From the sequence record LR756511.1: a stretch of DNA of 64,000 nucleotides. The stretch is one strand, 5' to 3'. How positions within the stretch are numbered: position 1 is the stretch's first letter; every line of letters starts with the position of its first letter. The notes under the pieces were generated by a model, which made no database searches, was not told where the DNA came from, and was given only the letters and a program-made list of their open reading frames with translations. Positions 54,200 to 63,081 of the stretch are shown piece by piece. The position numbers and the translations under genes are program-made.

Positions 54200-55231
54200 A
54201 TGATTTCATATAAGCAATGGAAAATCCTAAGTGAAAACCTTGACACAGTAGTAGGAATTTCCCGTCCAGCCACAGTTGGCATCGCTGGCGAGGGGGCATC
54301 TCTTTGGCACATGATGCAAAAGTCGAAGAAAATGAAGGGTGATGTTCCACCTCCAATGCCGCATGGTGATGAGGAAGACGAAGATCATCCACATCTAGGC
54401 GCTGGCGGTCCTGATGCCGATGCCGATGCTGATGACATGGGTGACGAAGACATGGGTGGCGCAGGCGATACAGATACCGATGATCTTGGCGACGAAGATA
54501 TGGGTGATGAAGAAGGCGATCATGACGCTGATGATATGGGCGGTGACATGGGTGATGAAGAAGGCGATCATGACGCTGATGATATGGGCGGTGACATGGG
54601 TGATGAAGAAGGCGATCATGATGCTGATGATATGGGCGATGACATGGGTGGCGATATGGGCGGAAAAGATATGCCACCTCCAATGAAGAAAAAGAAAAAG
54701 AAGGGTCCACCAATGGATATGGGCGCGGGTATGGGCATGGGTGGCCCAGGTATGGGCGGTCCTGGCGCTGGTCCTATGGGCGGCGGCATGGGTGGCGGTC
54801 CTGGCATGATGAGCAAAATGGCTTATATGAAAAAAGAAGCTCATGATGACGATGAGGATGAGGATGTAGAAGACGAAGAAATGGAAGACCAAGACAAGGA
54901 TATGGATATGTCTTTGCAAGGTCCAAAGTGTTGCCCGAAGTGCGCCAAGAGCAAGAAGAGTAAAAAGAGCAAGAAGTGCTGCAAGATGACTAAGGAAGAA
55001 AGAGAATTCTATGAAAGCCTTCGTCGTCAGCTTGGCTCTGTTAAGTTCCAGCAAGATCAGTATGGCTACTGGATTCCTGTTAAGGAAGATGTTCTACTTT
55101 CGAACGAACCAAAGGCCGCTGAAGAAGAAACTCCAGGTCCAGGTGACGTAGGATTTGCTCCTACACAGAAAATAGGACTGGTTGGCAGCAACTTCCAAGA
55201 ATGGGCTTCCAAGCATAAGAAGAAAAAGTAA
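54200..55231 (+). CDS. Acidic Asp/Gly/Met-rich disordered putative internal/scaffold protein
   Basis: MISYKQW CTS-like; MGDEEGDHDADDMGGD repeats; poly-Lys tracts. Confidence 0.75.
   Translation: MISYKQWKILSENLDTVVGISRPATVGIAGEGASLWHMMQKSKKMKGDVPPPMPHGDEEDEDHPHLGAGGPDADADADDMGDEDMGGAGDTDTDDLGDEDMGDEEGDHDADDMGGDMGDEEGDHDADDMGGDMGDEEGDHDADDMGDDMGGDMGGKDMPPPMKKKKKKGPPMDMGAGMGMGGPGMGGPGAGPMGGGMGGGPGMMSKMAYMKKEAHDDDEDEDVEDEEMEDQDKDMDMSLQGPKCCPKCAKSKKSKKSKKCCKMTKEEREFYESLRRQLGSVKFQQDQYGYWIPVKEDVLLSNEPKAAEEETPGPGDVGFAPTQKIGLVGSNFQEWASKHKKKK
54500..54643 (+). repeat. 48-bp coding tandem repeat x3
   Basis: ATGGGTGATGAAGAAGGCGATCATGAYGCTGATGATATGGGCGRTGAC. Confidence 0.85.
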
Positions 55232-55245
55232 TTAGATAACATTTC

Positions 55246-55280
55246 AAATAAAGGCGAGCTAAAACTCGCCTTTATTTTTT
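55246..55280 (+). terminator. Intrinsic terminator
   Basis: AAATAAAGGCGAG-CTAAAA-CTCGCCTTTATTTTTT. Confidence 0.8.
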
Positions 55281-55305
55281 TATTTTAATCTATTATAATC
55301 ACATC

Positions 55306-55446
55306 ATGAGACTTAGAAATTTTTGGACTACAAAGAAAAAAGAGAAATTAATGATAAAGGTTATCCAGTGGGCGCAGAAAAATCAAAAAAAGGTTGAGCT
55401 GCTGACTAAACAGGAAATAACTTTAGCATTAAGGGAAGAAAAGTAG
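55306..55446 (+). CDS. Small basic protein, 46 aa (not in ORF track)
   Basis: TATAAT 6 nt upstream of ATG (leaderless). Confidence 0.4.
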   Translation: MRLRNFWTTKKKEKLMIKVIQWAQKNQKKVELLTKQEITLALREEK

Positions 55447-55465
55447 CCAAACCATAAATACACAT

Positions 55466-55780
55466 ATGGATGGCTTTAAAGAATTCTTCGCGGAAAATAC
55501 TGGATATTCTGACCAGGAAGTAGTTTCTATTTACAACCAAAATCCTGATTTAAAGATCAAGGAAATATCGCATCGCACAGGAAAATCTGTAGGCGAAATA
55601 TACCGAATTCTACATAGCTATAACGTAACGCCAAACCGACAGAAAACCAATTATCATAATGTGATTAACTTCGCTGATTTTGGTTATTCTATCCCTCAAA
55701 TTGCAGAACTGACTGGATACACGGAGCGCAATGTGCGTTATATCTTAGCTAAAATGAAGATGGAAAGGAACAATGAGTGA
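55466..55780 (+). CDS. Double HTH DNA-binding protein with CTS-like N-terminus
   Basis: MDGFKEFFAE; IKEISHRTGKS..EIYRIL and IPQIAELTGYT.RNVRYIL. Confidence 0.75.
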   Translation: MDGFKEFFAENTGYSDQEVVSIYNQNPDLKIKEISHRTGKSVGEIYRILHSYNVTPNRQKTNYHNVINFADFGYSIPQIAELTGYTERNVRYILAKMKMERNNE

Positions 55781-57035
55781 GCTTCTCTGGTTACATTCTG
55801 GCGGCGCTTTTAACAAAGAACCAGAAAACGATTTGGGTAACTATCCGTCGAGATTTGAGCTTTCGGGAGAACCGCCCGATGAGCCAAACACGATGAATAA
55901 TCTTTTCGATGACGTAACACCAGAAGAATCCACTTCTGGAAACACCGATTATCGCTGTTTCTATATGTGGAATAAGAACGCCACCTTTGCTCTTACCGAT
56001 ATCACGTTAAATCTAGAAGTATGTGAAGCGTGTATTCCAGACATTGAATTTGGATCAAAACTACAAGATGAAGTTCAACAAATTAAAATAACCTGTGATG
56101 GAAATGGATCGCCTGAAGTGGGCGGATATGTTATTTTTGACGTAGGGTTTGGCTTTCCGTTTACTGTGACTTACAATGGCGATTGGGCACAATTTGCTAC
56201 TGATTTACAATCATTAATTAATGAGCAACCGTGGTGTGAAGACGTTACTGTAACAGGCACTAATCCTTTTATAATTACTTATACAGGCGGCGTTGGAAAC
56301 AGAAGAATGCCGCCTATAAGGATTATACAAAACAACTTAGTCAATAACGGTTTGTGTACCTATAATACTCAAATTTACTTTTCGTGCGATGATTATAATG
56401 GCTATGGAGATGCTATTGTTAGGGTGGTTCAGAAGATTAGCGATAACGTTCCTAACACTGGAACCTTACGAATTTATAATCCTCTAACTGGCTTATGGGA
56501 TGCTTATGACTATTTCAGCCACGATGATTATAATTTTTCATTGCTACAGAATTTAGAATTCAATCTAGTTGGGTTTTTAGGAAGCTGTCCACCTACTGAC
56601 AAATCTAATTCAACAAACGATCCGAACCTTCAAGGGGACGACGAACAACTTCTTGATGATTCACAAAACTGGCAACGGTGGTTCCCTAGTCCAGCTTTTG
56701 ATGACCCTAGCGGTAATCCTCAACCGATGCCTGCTCCGTGGGGCGTAATTGAAGTTGAACCTTGTCCAGAAGGCAAAACTTGCCAAATATGTGTTGAAAA
56801 GGTTACTGAAGGAAGCCCAATTAATTGTATAGCTACACCTATCCCAACAGAAAATGATGAGCCAGATGCTTCGTTCTTTGAACTAAATATGTCCATAGGA
56901 AATCTTCGCCCGAATGAAGGGTTTTTCTTATGGGTTAAAAGAACAACGCCACCATCGGGCTTACCATGCTTAAGAGCTTATTTTGATATTACGGCTTCTG
57001 GCACAAAGGTTTCATGGCCGCTAACGACTCCGTGA
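55773..57035 (+). CDS. Virion structural (tail/baseplate) protein
   Basis: HSGG, NNLFDDV, DYRCFY, IG.L.P.E.F..W..RT; paralog of the next gene. Confidence 0.7.
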   Translation: MSELLWLHSGGAFNKEPENDLGNYPSRFELSGEPPDEPNTMNNLFDDVTPEESTSGNTDYRCFYMWNKNATFALTDITLNLEVCEACIPDIEFGSKLQDEVQQIKITCDGNGSPEVGGYVIFDVGFGFPFTVTYNGDWAQFATDLQSLINEQPWCEDVTVTGTNPFIITYTGGVGNRRMPPIRIIQNNLVNNGLCTYNTQIYFSCDDYNGYGDAIVRVVQKISDNVPNTGTLRIYNPLTGLWDAYDYFSHDDYNFSLLQNLEFNLVGFLGSCPPTDKSNSTNDPNLQGDDEQLLDDSQNWQRWFPSPAFDDPSGNPQPMPAPWGVIEVEPCPEGKTCQICVEKVTEGSPINCIATPIPTENDEPDASFFELNMSIGNLRPNEGFFLWVKRTTPPSGLPCLRAYFDITASGTKVSWPLTTP

Positions 57036-57042
57036 GGTATAA

Positions 57043-57972
57043 ATGGCAGACTGTCTACCAACTAGTTGCGATCAATCATGTATTTCCTTTAGACATTCTG
57101 GAGGATTGAGCAATGATGATCCGTGCATGGACCTTGGAGGGGAAATTTCTATCAATGCAATAACAACTGGTTTAGACAACCTATTTCACTCGATAGGCCC
57201 AAAGTTAAGCCGCCGTGGACACGTTGATTATCGCTGTTTTTATATTAAGAACATTGATTCAGATGCCGTATTGAGAAACGTTTCCATATATTTCACCAAC
57301 ATCAAAAAGGGTGGAACTTATGTGGAAATGGGTATCTTGCTTCAAAATGAAAAACAAAGAATACAAGTGCAAGGCGTTACCGCCCCAAATAACGGCGAGT
57401 ATTTTCAGGTCGCAATTCCTGGTTATGATGCTTTTAATGTCTATTACGATCCCAATATAACCAAGTGGACAGGTAATTTCCAAACCGCCATTCGTGCTGT
57501 TGATGGCTTGCAGGAAGTTGTAGTTGTTGGATATGGAATCATTCCCACAACTGCGGCACAAACGCTTGATGTGACCTTTGATCTTAATTTTGGCGGGCAT
57601 GACACCAGAGATGGTTACATTCACATGCAAGCGGCTCGACATGATATTGGTTTAGCGGTTATCAGCGCCAATACTTTATTAAGCGGTGCCGCCACTGTCA
57701 CACCAAGCCCATTACTGGATGGTAGTCCAGTCAATACGACGGCGGAATTAATTCCAGACGAAATTACAGCCCCTTCTGGCATTCCTTTCAACACCTATCT
57801 AAAAGGAAATCCCGCCCGTGTAGGAAGCCTATTGCCAGGAGAATACTTCCCTGTTTGGATACGTAGAACATTGCCTATTGTCGATCCTTATTATGGGGCA
57901 CTTGCTAGAAATGGACAAATGGCAAAGTCTCTTGAAAGATTTTCTATTGCGGTGGATGCGACTTCTCCTTAA
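57043..57972 (+). CDS. Virion structural (tail/baseplate) protein
   Basis: Same HSGG/NLF/DYRCFY/W.RRT motifs as 55773. Confidence 0.7.
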   Translation: MADCLPTSCDQSCISFRHSGGLSNDDPCMDLGGEISINAITTGLDNLFHSIGPKLSRRGHVDYRCFYIKNIDSDAVLRNVSIYFTNIKKGGTYVEMGILLQNEKQRIQVQGVTAPNNGEYFQVAIPGYDAFNVYYDPNITKWTGNFQTAIRAVDGLQEVVVVGYGIIPTTAAQTLDVTFDLNFGGHDTRDGYIHMQAARHDIGLAVISANTLLSGAATVTPSPLLDGSPVNTTAELIPDEITAPSGIPFNTYLKGNPARVGSLLPGEYFPVWIRRTLPIVDPYYGALARNGQMAKSLERFSIAVDATSP

Positions 57973-58005
57973 TATACTCTTTTAGAGCATTTAGGAGATA
58001 TTTTC

Positions 58006-58530
58006 ATGCTTAAGAAGATGGTTGCGGTTGCTATTGTTTTGGCGGTTGCTAGCATTTCATTTGCTAAGTCAAAAAGCGAATTTGAAAAAACTTTGAAGAA
58101 TGTCGAGACGGTTGTAAACGGATATGACAAAGAAAATTTCTACGAGAAGTTTGAGTTTACAAACAAGAAGACAGGTAAGCCAAAGAAATTTTTAGAATTT
58201 ACGCCAGTCCAACGAGCCGTATTTATAGCCATGCAGATGAATGCGATTAACCATTCTATCGAAGAAATTTACAACAAATGGCAGGAGGAACTTAAGGGCG
58301 CTGAGGAACATCCAAGCGAAGAAGGCGAGGCAAGTAAGAAAGAAGTAGAAGAGTATCTTACGAAACTGATGGAGTTCAGGAAGGCAGGAGCCGTAAAGCT
58401 AGAAAGTTCCATTGACAGCACTTTCGAAAAATGGCCTGATGAGTTTACGGACGAAGAAAAAGAGAACATAAAGAAGAACATGCGTGAATATCACGACAAG
58501 AACCACCTTATAAAACGAGATGCAAAATGA
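58006..58530 (+). CDS. Exported helical protein
   Basis: Signal peptide ending SFA; AGGAG RBS. Confidence 0.7.
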   Translation: MLKKMVAVAIVLAVASISFAKSKSEFEKTLKNVETVVNGYDKENFYEKFEFTNKKTGKPKKFLEFTPVQRAVFIAMQMNAINHSIEEIYNKWQEELKGAEEHPSEEGEASKKEVEEYLTKLMEFRKAGAVKLESSIDSTFEKWPDEFTDEEKENIKKNMREYHDKNHLIKRDAK

Positions 58531-59084
58531 TGAAATGTCCTCTTAGCGGATTGCCCTGCTATCAGCAGAAGTGCATCCATGTTACAGAAGTCGGCCCTGA
58601 TTATAAGGCTCAAGAATCGAAAGATATGTGCCTGAATTGTGGTCCCGCTTATATTTCGGAAGCAAGTCAAGGTGCAATTGATCCACCTGTTGCTTTACCT
58701 GCGACACAACCGTTAACCTTGTTTGATTTAATGAACACTTTGATTAAGGATAAAAACTTGGATGCAGGCAGTATCCATATGCACGCTCCTACGTTGCCAA
58801 CTTGTCCTTCGTGTGGTTACACTTTTGAAGATATTAAAGCTGTAGGACGGGTTGGTTGTGGTGCTTGTTATGAATTTTTCAAGAAAGACTTAGGAGTACT
58901 TATTGAAAAATGTCAACAAGGTGCAAGTAAACACACAGGAAAAGTTCCTCAAACTAAGACTGCAAAAACGCTTGCGGAATTAGAGGCGGATTTAAAATTG
59001 GCTGTAGAGTCGGAAAATTATAGTTTGGCGGCACAGCTTCGGGATGAAATCAAGAAATTAAAGTCTCAATCCTCTCAAACTTGA
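58527..59084 (+). CDS. mcsA: McsA-like CxxC/UVR-domain protein
   Basis: CPSCG.TF......GRVGC..CY..F, HTGKVP, L..AV..E.Y..AA.LRDEI. Confidence 0.82.
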   Translation: MMKCPLSGLPCYQQKCIHVTEVGPDYKAQESKDMCLNCGPAYISEASQGAIDPPVALPATQPLTLFDLMNTLIKDKNLDAGSIHMHAPTLPTCPSCGYTFEDIKAVGRVGCGACYEFFKKDLGVLIEKCQQGASKHTGKVPQTKTAKTLAELEADLKLAVESENYSLAAQLRDEIKKLKSQSSQT

Positions 59085-60027
59085 TCCAGGGCCAGATTTT
59101 AGGATTGAGGAATATTAAGTCCGTTACATCATCGCCATATCTTCGATAACGACCCTCCCAGCGGGTTTCTATAACTGTGGTGGGTATTTCGCATAAAAGA
59201 GAGTAAGTCTTCAGCCATGTATCCATGCTGAAGACTTCTTCTGCTGCATGAATTATTCTAAGCATCCGTTTTAAATCGCTACGTTCATCTGAGTTGTGAT
59301 GATAGATTCTTTCAGAGTTTAACCAATGAAAATTTGGATGATCTACTTTTCCATAGAAGTGTAAATCACCAATAGAACCTACCGCAAAGACTTCATAATC
59401 TTTCTCAAGGTATTTTTTAGCTAAAGCTTGGCATTCATGAGGATGTAAGTATCTTTGTCGCCTTAGATCACGATGGGAACCAGACGGAGCTATTACAACG
59501 ACCTTTTTGTTGTAATCTTCCTTTCCCAAATGATTTATCCAGGGAACCTTGCTATTGATTCTTGTAATATATTTGACTTCATCAACCCAATTACCATAAT
59601 CCAGTCCATCGGCTAAATGTGCCGATTGTTTAAATGTAGGAAGTTTGATTACATAATCATATACATGATTAGCAATACGAGTTCCCATAACATTGTCATG
59701 TAAATAGGATTGAAGACCAAATAGATCAAAAAATGATTTGACTAATGGTTGGTAGTTGGCAAAAAAGATAATACGTGCGCGGGGATCATTCCAACAAGAT
59801 GCTAATAAAATAAGACCATCCCCTAAACCGCCAAAGCCTAGATAGTAATTGTGATCGACGGAAGATGTGAAAGATTTAATTTGGGAAAGTAACGCCGAAG
59901 AAGAAAAGGAGGGAAGTTTTGTAACTTCCCTCTTGTTATTTTGTACTACTATATTCTTATTCTTTTCTTGTATCGACTGAATTGCTGGTCGATTTTCCCT
60001 GGTGTGACTTTGAACAACACTTTTCAT
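59050..60027 (-). CDS. GT9-like (heptosyltransferase-fold) glycosyltransferase
   Basis: GGLGD, VIAP.GS, II..A..V.S.DT. Confidence 0.65.
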   Translation of the reverse strand: MKSVVQSHTRENRPAIQSIQEKNKNIVVQNNKREVTKLPSFSSSALLSQIKSFTSSVDHNYYLGFGGLGDGLILLASCWNDPRARIIFFANYQPLVKSFFDLFGLQSYLHDNVMGTRIANHVYDYVIKLPTFKQSAHLADGLDYGNWVDEVKYITRINSKVPWINHLGKEDYNKKVVVIAPSGSHRDLRRQRYLHPHECQALAKKYLEKDYEVFAVGSIGDLHFYGKVDHPNFHWLNSERIYHHNSDERSDLKRMLRIIHAAEEVFSMDTWLKTYSLLCEIPTTVIETRWEGRYRRYGDDVTDLIFLNPKIWPWIKFERIETLIS

Positions 60028-60332
60028 TCTTCGCCAAATCCAGCCATTGAAGTTATGGCACCAATGGCTCTGGTTAGCGCCATCTTTGTCTGAGGGTCTA
60101 TTTCCCGTGATTGACGCAAAACGTTTATAGCTCGTCTTAAACTGGCTGGGTCACTGTTAGCTAGCTGAAACATTGCGTTTTGAACTGCTGCCATAGCTCT
60201 TGCGTTTCTTGTGCCAACTTGTGATGCCTGCTGTCGCAAACCTGCTCCAATCGCGTTCGCACCACCACTAAGAGCCGTTAATTCATTTAATTGGTCATCA
60301 CCATCTGCTTTCCATTCTCTGTATGATTTCAT
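60024..60332 (-). CDS. Putative internal virion protein
   Basis: MKSYREWKAD CTS-like. Confidence 0.65.
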   Translation of the reverse strand: MKSYREWKADGDDQLNELTALSGGANAIGAGLRQQASQVGTRNARAMAAVQNAMFQLANSDPASLRRAINVLRQSREIDPQTKMALTRAIGAITSMAGFGEE

Positions 60333-60625
60333 TATAACTCCTCTGGATCACCTGTATTTATCGTCACCGTCTTTTCTTTTGCTTCTGGATTTGATTTATT
60401 TTTAGACTCTTCTAAAGCTTTTTGAATCAAAGACGGCCATGTAGTTATTTTCTCTGGCGGTACATTAAGAAGCGCGGACAACCCATCCTTGTTATTGCAA
60501 ACAAGGATAAAGTTGTCCCAAAAATCTTCTGCCACATTAATTCCTGAAAAGATCGCGCTAATTGCGGCATCATCCGCACTTTCTTTTAGCTTGCGGACAC
60601 TTTCCCAGGCTTCAAGAAAAGTCAT
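60332..60625 (-). CDS. Putative internal virion protein
   Basis: MTFLEAWE; AAGGA RBS. Confidence 0.6.
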   Translation of the reverse strand: MTFLEAWESVRKLKESADDAAISAIFSGINVAEDFWDNFILVCNNKDGLSALLNVPPEKITTWPSLIQKALEESKNKSNPEAKEKTVTINTGDPEEL

Positions 60626-60636
60626 AATTTGCTTCC

Positions 60637-60954
60637 TTATGGAGCCACAAGAGTCAATAGATCATCAGGGCTACCGTTCGCATACGTTTTCTTCAAATAC
60701 GTAGCAGTCTTGCCATAAGCAGTAAACTGATAGCCGTTATGACCATTACCTTGTGGGCCAAGAACGATCTGTGCAATGTTTGGTCCTGGCAAAATCGAAG
60801 GAATCCAGCTAGTAAACGTATCTGGAATCACACTTGCCTCAGAAACAGTTTCATTGCCTGCTGGCTGTGTATTACTCGGCAAAAGCCATCCCTTTCTTTG
60901 TGCAGCTACTAAATTTAGCTGAAACGTATAAATTGGCCACGTTGGGTTACTCAT
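60637..60954 (-). CDS. Hypothetical (structural?) protein, 105 aa
   Basis: AGGAG RBS. Confidence 0.6.
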   Translation of the reverse strand: MSNPTWPIYTFQLNLVAAQRKGWLLPSNTQPAGNETVSEASVIPDTFTSWIPSILPGPNIAQIVLGPQGNGHNGYQFTAYGKTATYLKKTYANGSPDDLLTLVAP

Positions 60955-60976
60955 AATAGTATATCTCCTTATATTT

Positions 60977-61213
60977 CTATTTATCCTGCTTCTTCATCTT
61001 TTTAAGCATCATATGCCTTCCCAATCCGTATAATTTTTTCGCATGATCCTTGCCTTTGCCGTCCATCGGTGGCACCCTATAGTTGAAACCAGGACCATTA
61101 TATTTGCTTTCAGGACCAAGATCGCCATAACTGCCTGTACCATCAGGTCCAGGGGCACCTATGAACGCTGCTCCATCGCCAACCCTTTCCTGAAACCATT
61201 GCTTAAAATTCAC
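60977..61213 (-). CDS. Putative internal virion protein
   Basis: MNFKQWFQE CTS-like; GTG start. Confidence 0.6.
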   Translation of the reverse strand: MNFKQWFQERVGDGAAFIGAPGPDGTGSYGDLGPESKYNGPGFNYRVPPMDGKGKDHAKKLYGLGRHMMLKKMKKQDK

Positions 61214-61220
61214 ACATTAT

Positions 61221-62009
61221 TTAGAAGTTTCGCCACAACAATTCTATCTTAACTGGCTTAACTTTCTGCTGTGATGCATGATTTGGCATCTTTTTCTTCT
61301 CGCACGTCCAGGTTTTATATAGTTTAGTATATAATCTAGATGGGTAGCCACTAATAAGAACCTTACCTTTAAAAGCATTCAACGCATCTGCCAATTCGAT
61401 ATGGTCGTCATACGACATTTCATGAGTATAAGCGTCTGGACTTTCTCTGGTTTCTGGCAGATATGGTGGGTCAGCATACACTAAAACATTAGCATCATCA
61501 AAAACCTTGATGGTTTCTATTGCTGATCTGTTCAAGATAATAACATTCTGTAGGCGATTGCTAATCTCTGGAAGCATGTCAATGATAGTTTTCCATGCAT
61601 TTACTTCTCCAGGGCGACCGCCTCTTTCTCGATTTGACCATGCGAAAGCCTTCTTTAAGCCGCCGCGACTCATTCTTCTCAAAACAAACTCATTGATCGC
61701 TTTCTGTAACAGCGAATTGAATTCTTCCTTCTCTAAGGCAACCTTGAAATTTGCCTCTTTGTATTTAATTGTTCTAATTTTCCTGATAAACGGCGTGCAT
61801 TGATCGCGTAATACTTTAAATAAACAAACTAAATTTTCATCTAAGTCGTTAATAATTTCTTCGCTAGAAGGGTCTTTATTCAATAGCACACTTGCCCCAC
61901 CACAGAAAGGCTCCAGGTAGGTCATATCTTGATAATTAGGTGGAAAATAACCGATTATCCACTTGGCAAGATAGCTCTTGCCGCCGTGAACTTTAACTGG
62001 AGGTCGCAT
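61221..62009 (-). CDS. D12-class DNA adenine methyltransferase
   Basis: GGKSYLA, EPFCGGASV, INDLD, DPPY; GGAG RBS before 62009. Confidence 0.9.
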   Translation of the reverse strand: MRPPVKVHGGKSYLAKWIIGYFPPNYQDMTYLEPFCGGASVLLNKDPSSEEIINDLDENLVCLFKVLRDQCTPFIRKIRTIKYKEANFKVALEKEEFNSLLQKAINEFVLRRMSRGGLKKAFAWSNRERGGRPGEVNAWKTIIDMLPEISNRLQNVIILNRSAIETIKVFDDANVLVYADPPYLPETRESPDAYTHEMSYDDHIELADALNAFKGKVLISGYPSRLYTKLYKTWTCEKKKMPNHASQQKVKPVKIELLWRNF

Positions 62010-62223
62010 CGTCTCCTTTATTTTTCTTTCTCTTCTTTTTCCTCTCATGTATTATAGTGTCACATGAACTACATTTGATAGAACTTAAACAATACAAAAG
62101 CGGATACGGGACGCCTTTTTTGCTTTTTTTAAAACATTCTTCACATTGAGTATAGACTTTTCTCTCAGTTTCGGGTACACTTTCATCATCCCAATAAACA
62201 AAGCAGTAATTAATTTTTTTCAT
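61993..62223 (-). CDS. Small Cys-rich protein
   Basis: CEEC and CSSC. Confidence 0.55.
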   Translation of the reverse strand: MKKINYCFVYWDDESVPETERKVYTQCEECFKKSKKGVPYPLLYCLSSIKCSSCDTIIHERKKKRKKNKGDDATSS

Positions 62224-62273
62224 ATTATCTTCATTAAGGGAATTAGATTGGAAAAATTTTGACTAGATATTAC

Positions 62274-63035
62274 ATGCGAAAACTTCTATTTAGCTTGCTT
62301 TTTTTTTGCGCCTCTCTGAATTCTAGTTTTGCTGGTGACGTTGATAAAAAATTACATCAACAGTGCCTTTACCCAACAATATACATCGGAAAAGCTGACC
62401 AAACCTCTTATGGAAGTGGTGTTATTGTCCGCTCCGATAAAGTCAATGACACAACCTATAAGAACGTATTTTTGAGTTGTGCGCATCTCGTAGACGATAC
62501 GAGTATCGACTATGAAGTAAAGCAATTTATATATGAAGAATGGTCGCAAGTTAAGGAAGTAAAAACGTATCCCGCCTTGTTTAATTCAATTCACCGAGCG
62601 CAGGATTTAGCAATTGGGGTATTCTTCTCGTCAGAACCAATGCCAGTTGCCGAACTTGATTTTACTCCCAAACTTTACATCGGAAATGAAGTTTTTCGTA
62701 TCGGGTGTGGATTGGGAGATGGTCCAAGACTTGATTATGGCAAACTTACCTATTACAAGAAGAAGCCACTTCCCACATTTAGAACATCAGTCATGACGGT
62801 CCCAGGCGATTCAGGCTCACCATTATTCCATAACTATAAAGTAATTGGCATAATGGTTTCTATCCGCAGCTACAAGAACCTACCAGTATTCAATATATCC
62901 TATAGCGTTCCATTAGAGCGTTTCCGCAACTGGAGTAATGAAAACGATCATGCCTTCGATTATGCATGGAGCGACAAAGAATTACCTAAAATGCCGTTTC
63001 ATTTCCTTGAATTTAATAACTATACAATGAAATAA
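62274..63035 (+). CDS. Exported trypsin-like (S1) serine protease
   Basis: Signal peptide; GSG, CAH, DLA, PGDSGSP. Confidence 0.88.
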   Translation: MRKLLFSLLFFCASLNSSFAGDVDKKLHQQCLYPTIYIGKADQTSYGSGVIVRSDKVNDTTYKNVFLSCAHLVDDTSIDYEVKQFIYEEWSQVKEVKTYPALFNSIHRAQDLAIGVFFSSEPMPVAELDFTPKLYIGNEVFRIGCGLGDGPRLDYGKLTYYKKKPLPTFRTSVMTVPGDSGSPLFHNYKVIGIMVSIRSYKNLPVFNISYSVPLERFRNWSNENDHAFDYAWSDKELPKMPFHFLEFNNYTMK

Positions 63036-63060
63036 AAAAGGGGGAGCTTAAAGCTCCCCC
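63034..63060 (-). terminator. Intrinsic terminator
   Basis: GGGGGAGCT-TTA-AGCTCCCCC followed by TTTTTT. Confidence 0.75.
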
Positions 63061-63081
63061 TAGTGGTTTAAAGGTAGACTA

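Noticed and set aside
51861-54643. Possible CRISPR arrays at the tandem repeats
   Set aside because: Repeats are contiguous, in-frame, have no unique spacers and encode protein repeats.
54012-55054. Long His-rich antisense ORFs (54012..54713, 54395..55054)
   Set aside because: Shadows of the GAT/GAC-rich repeats of the + strand protein.
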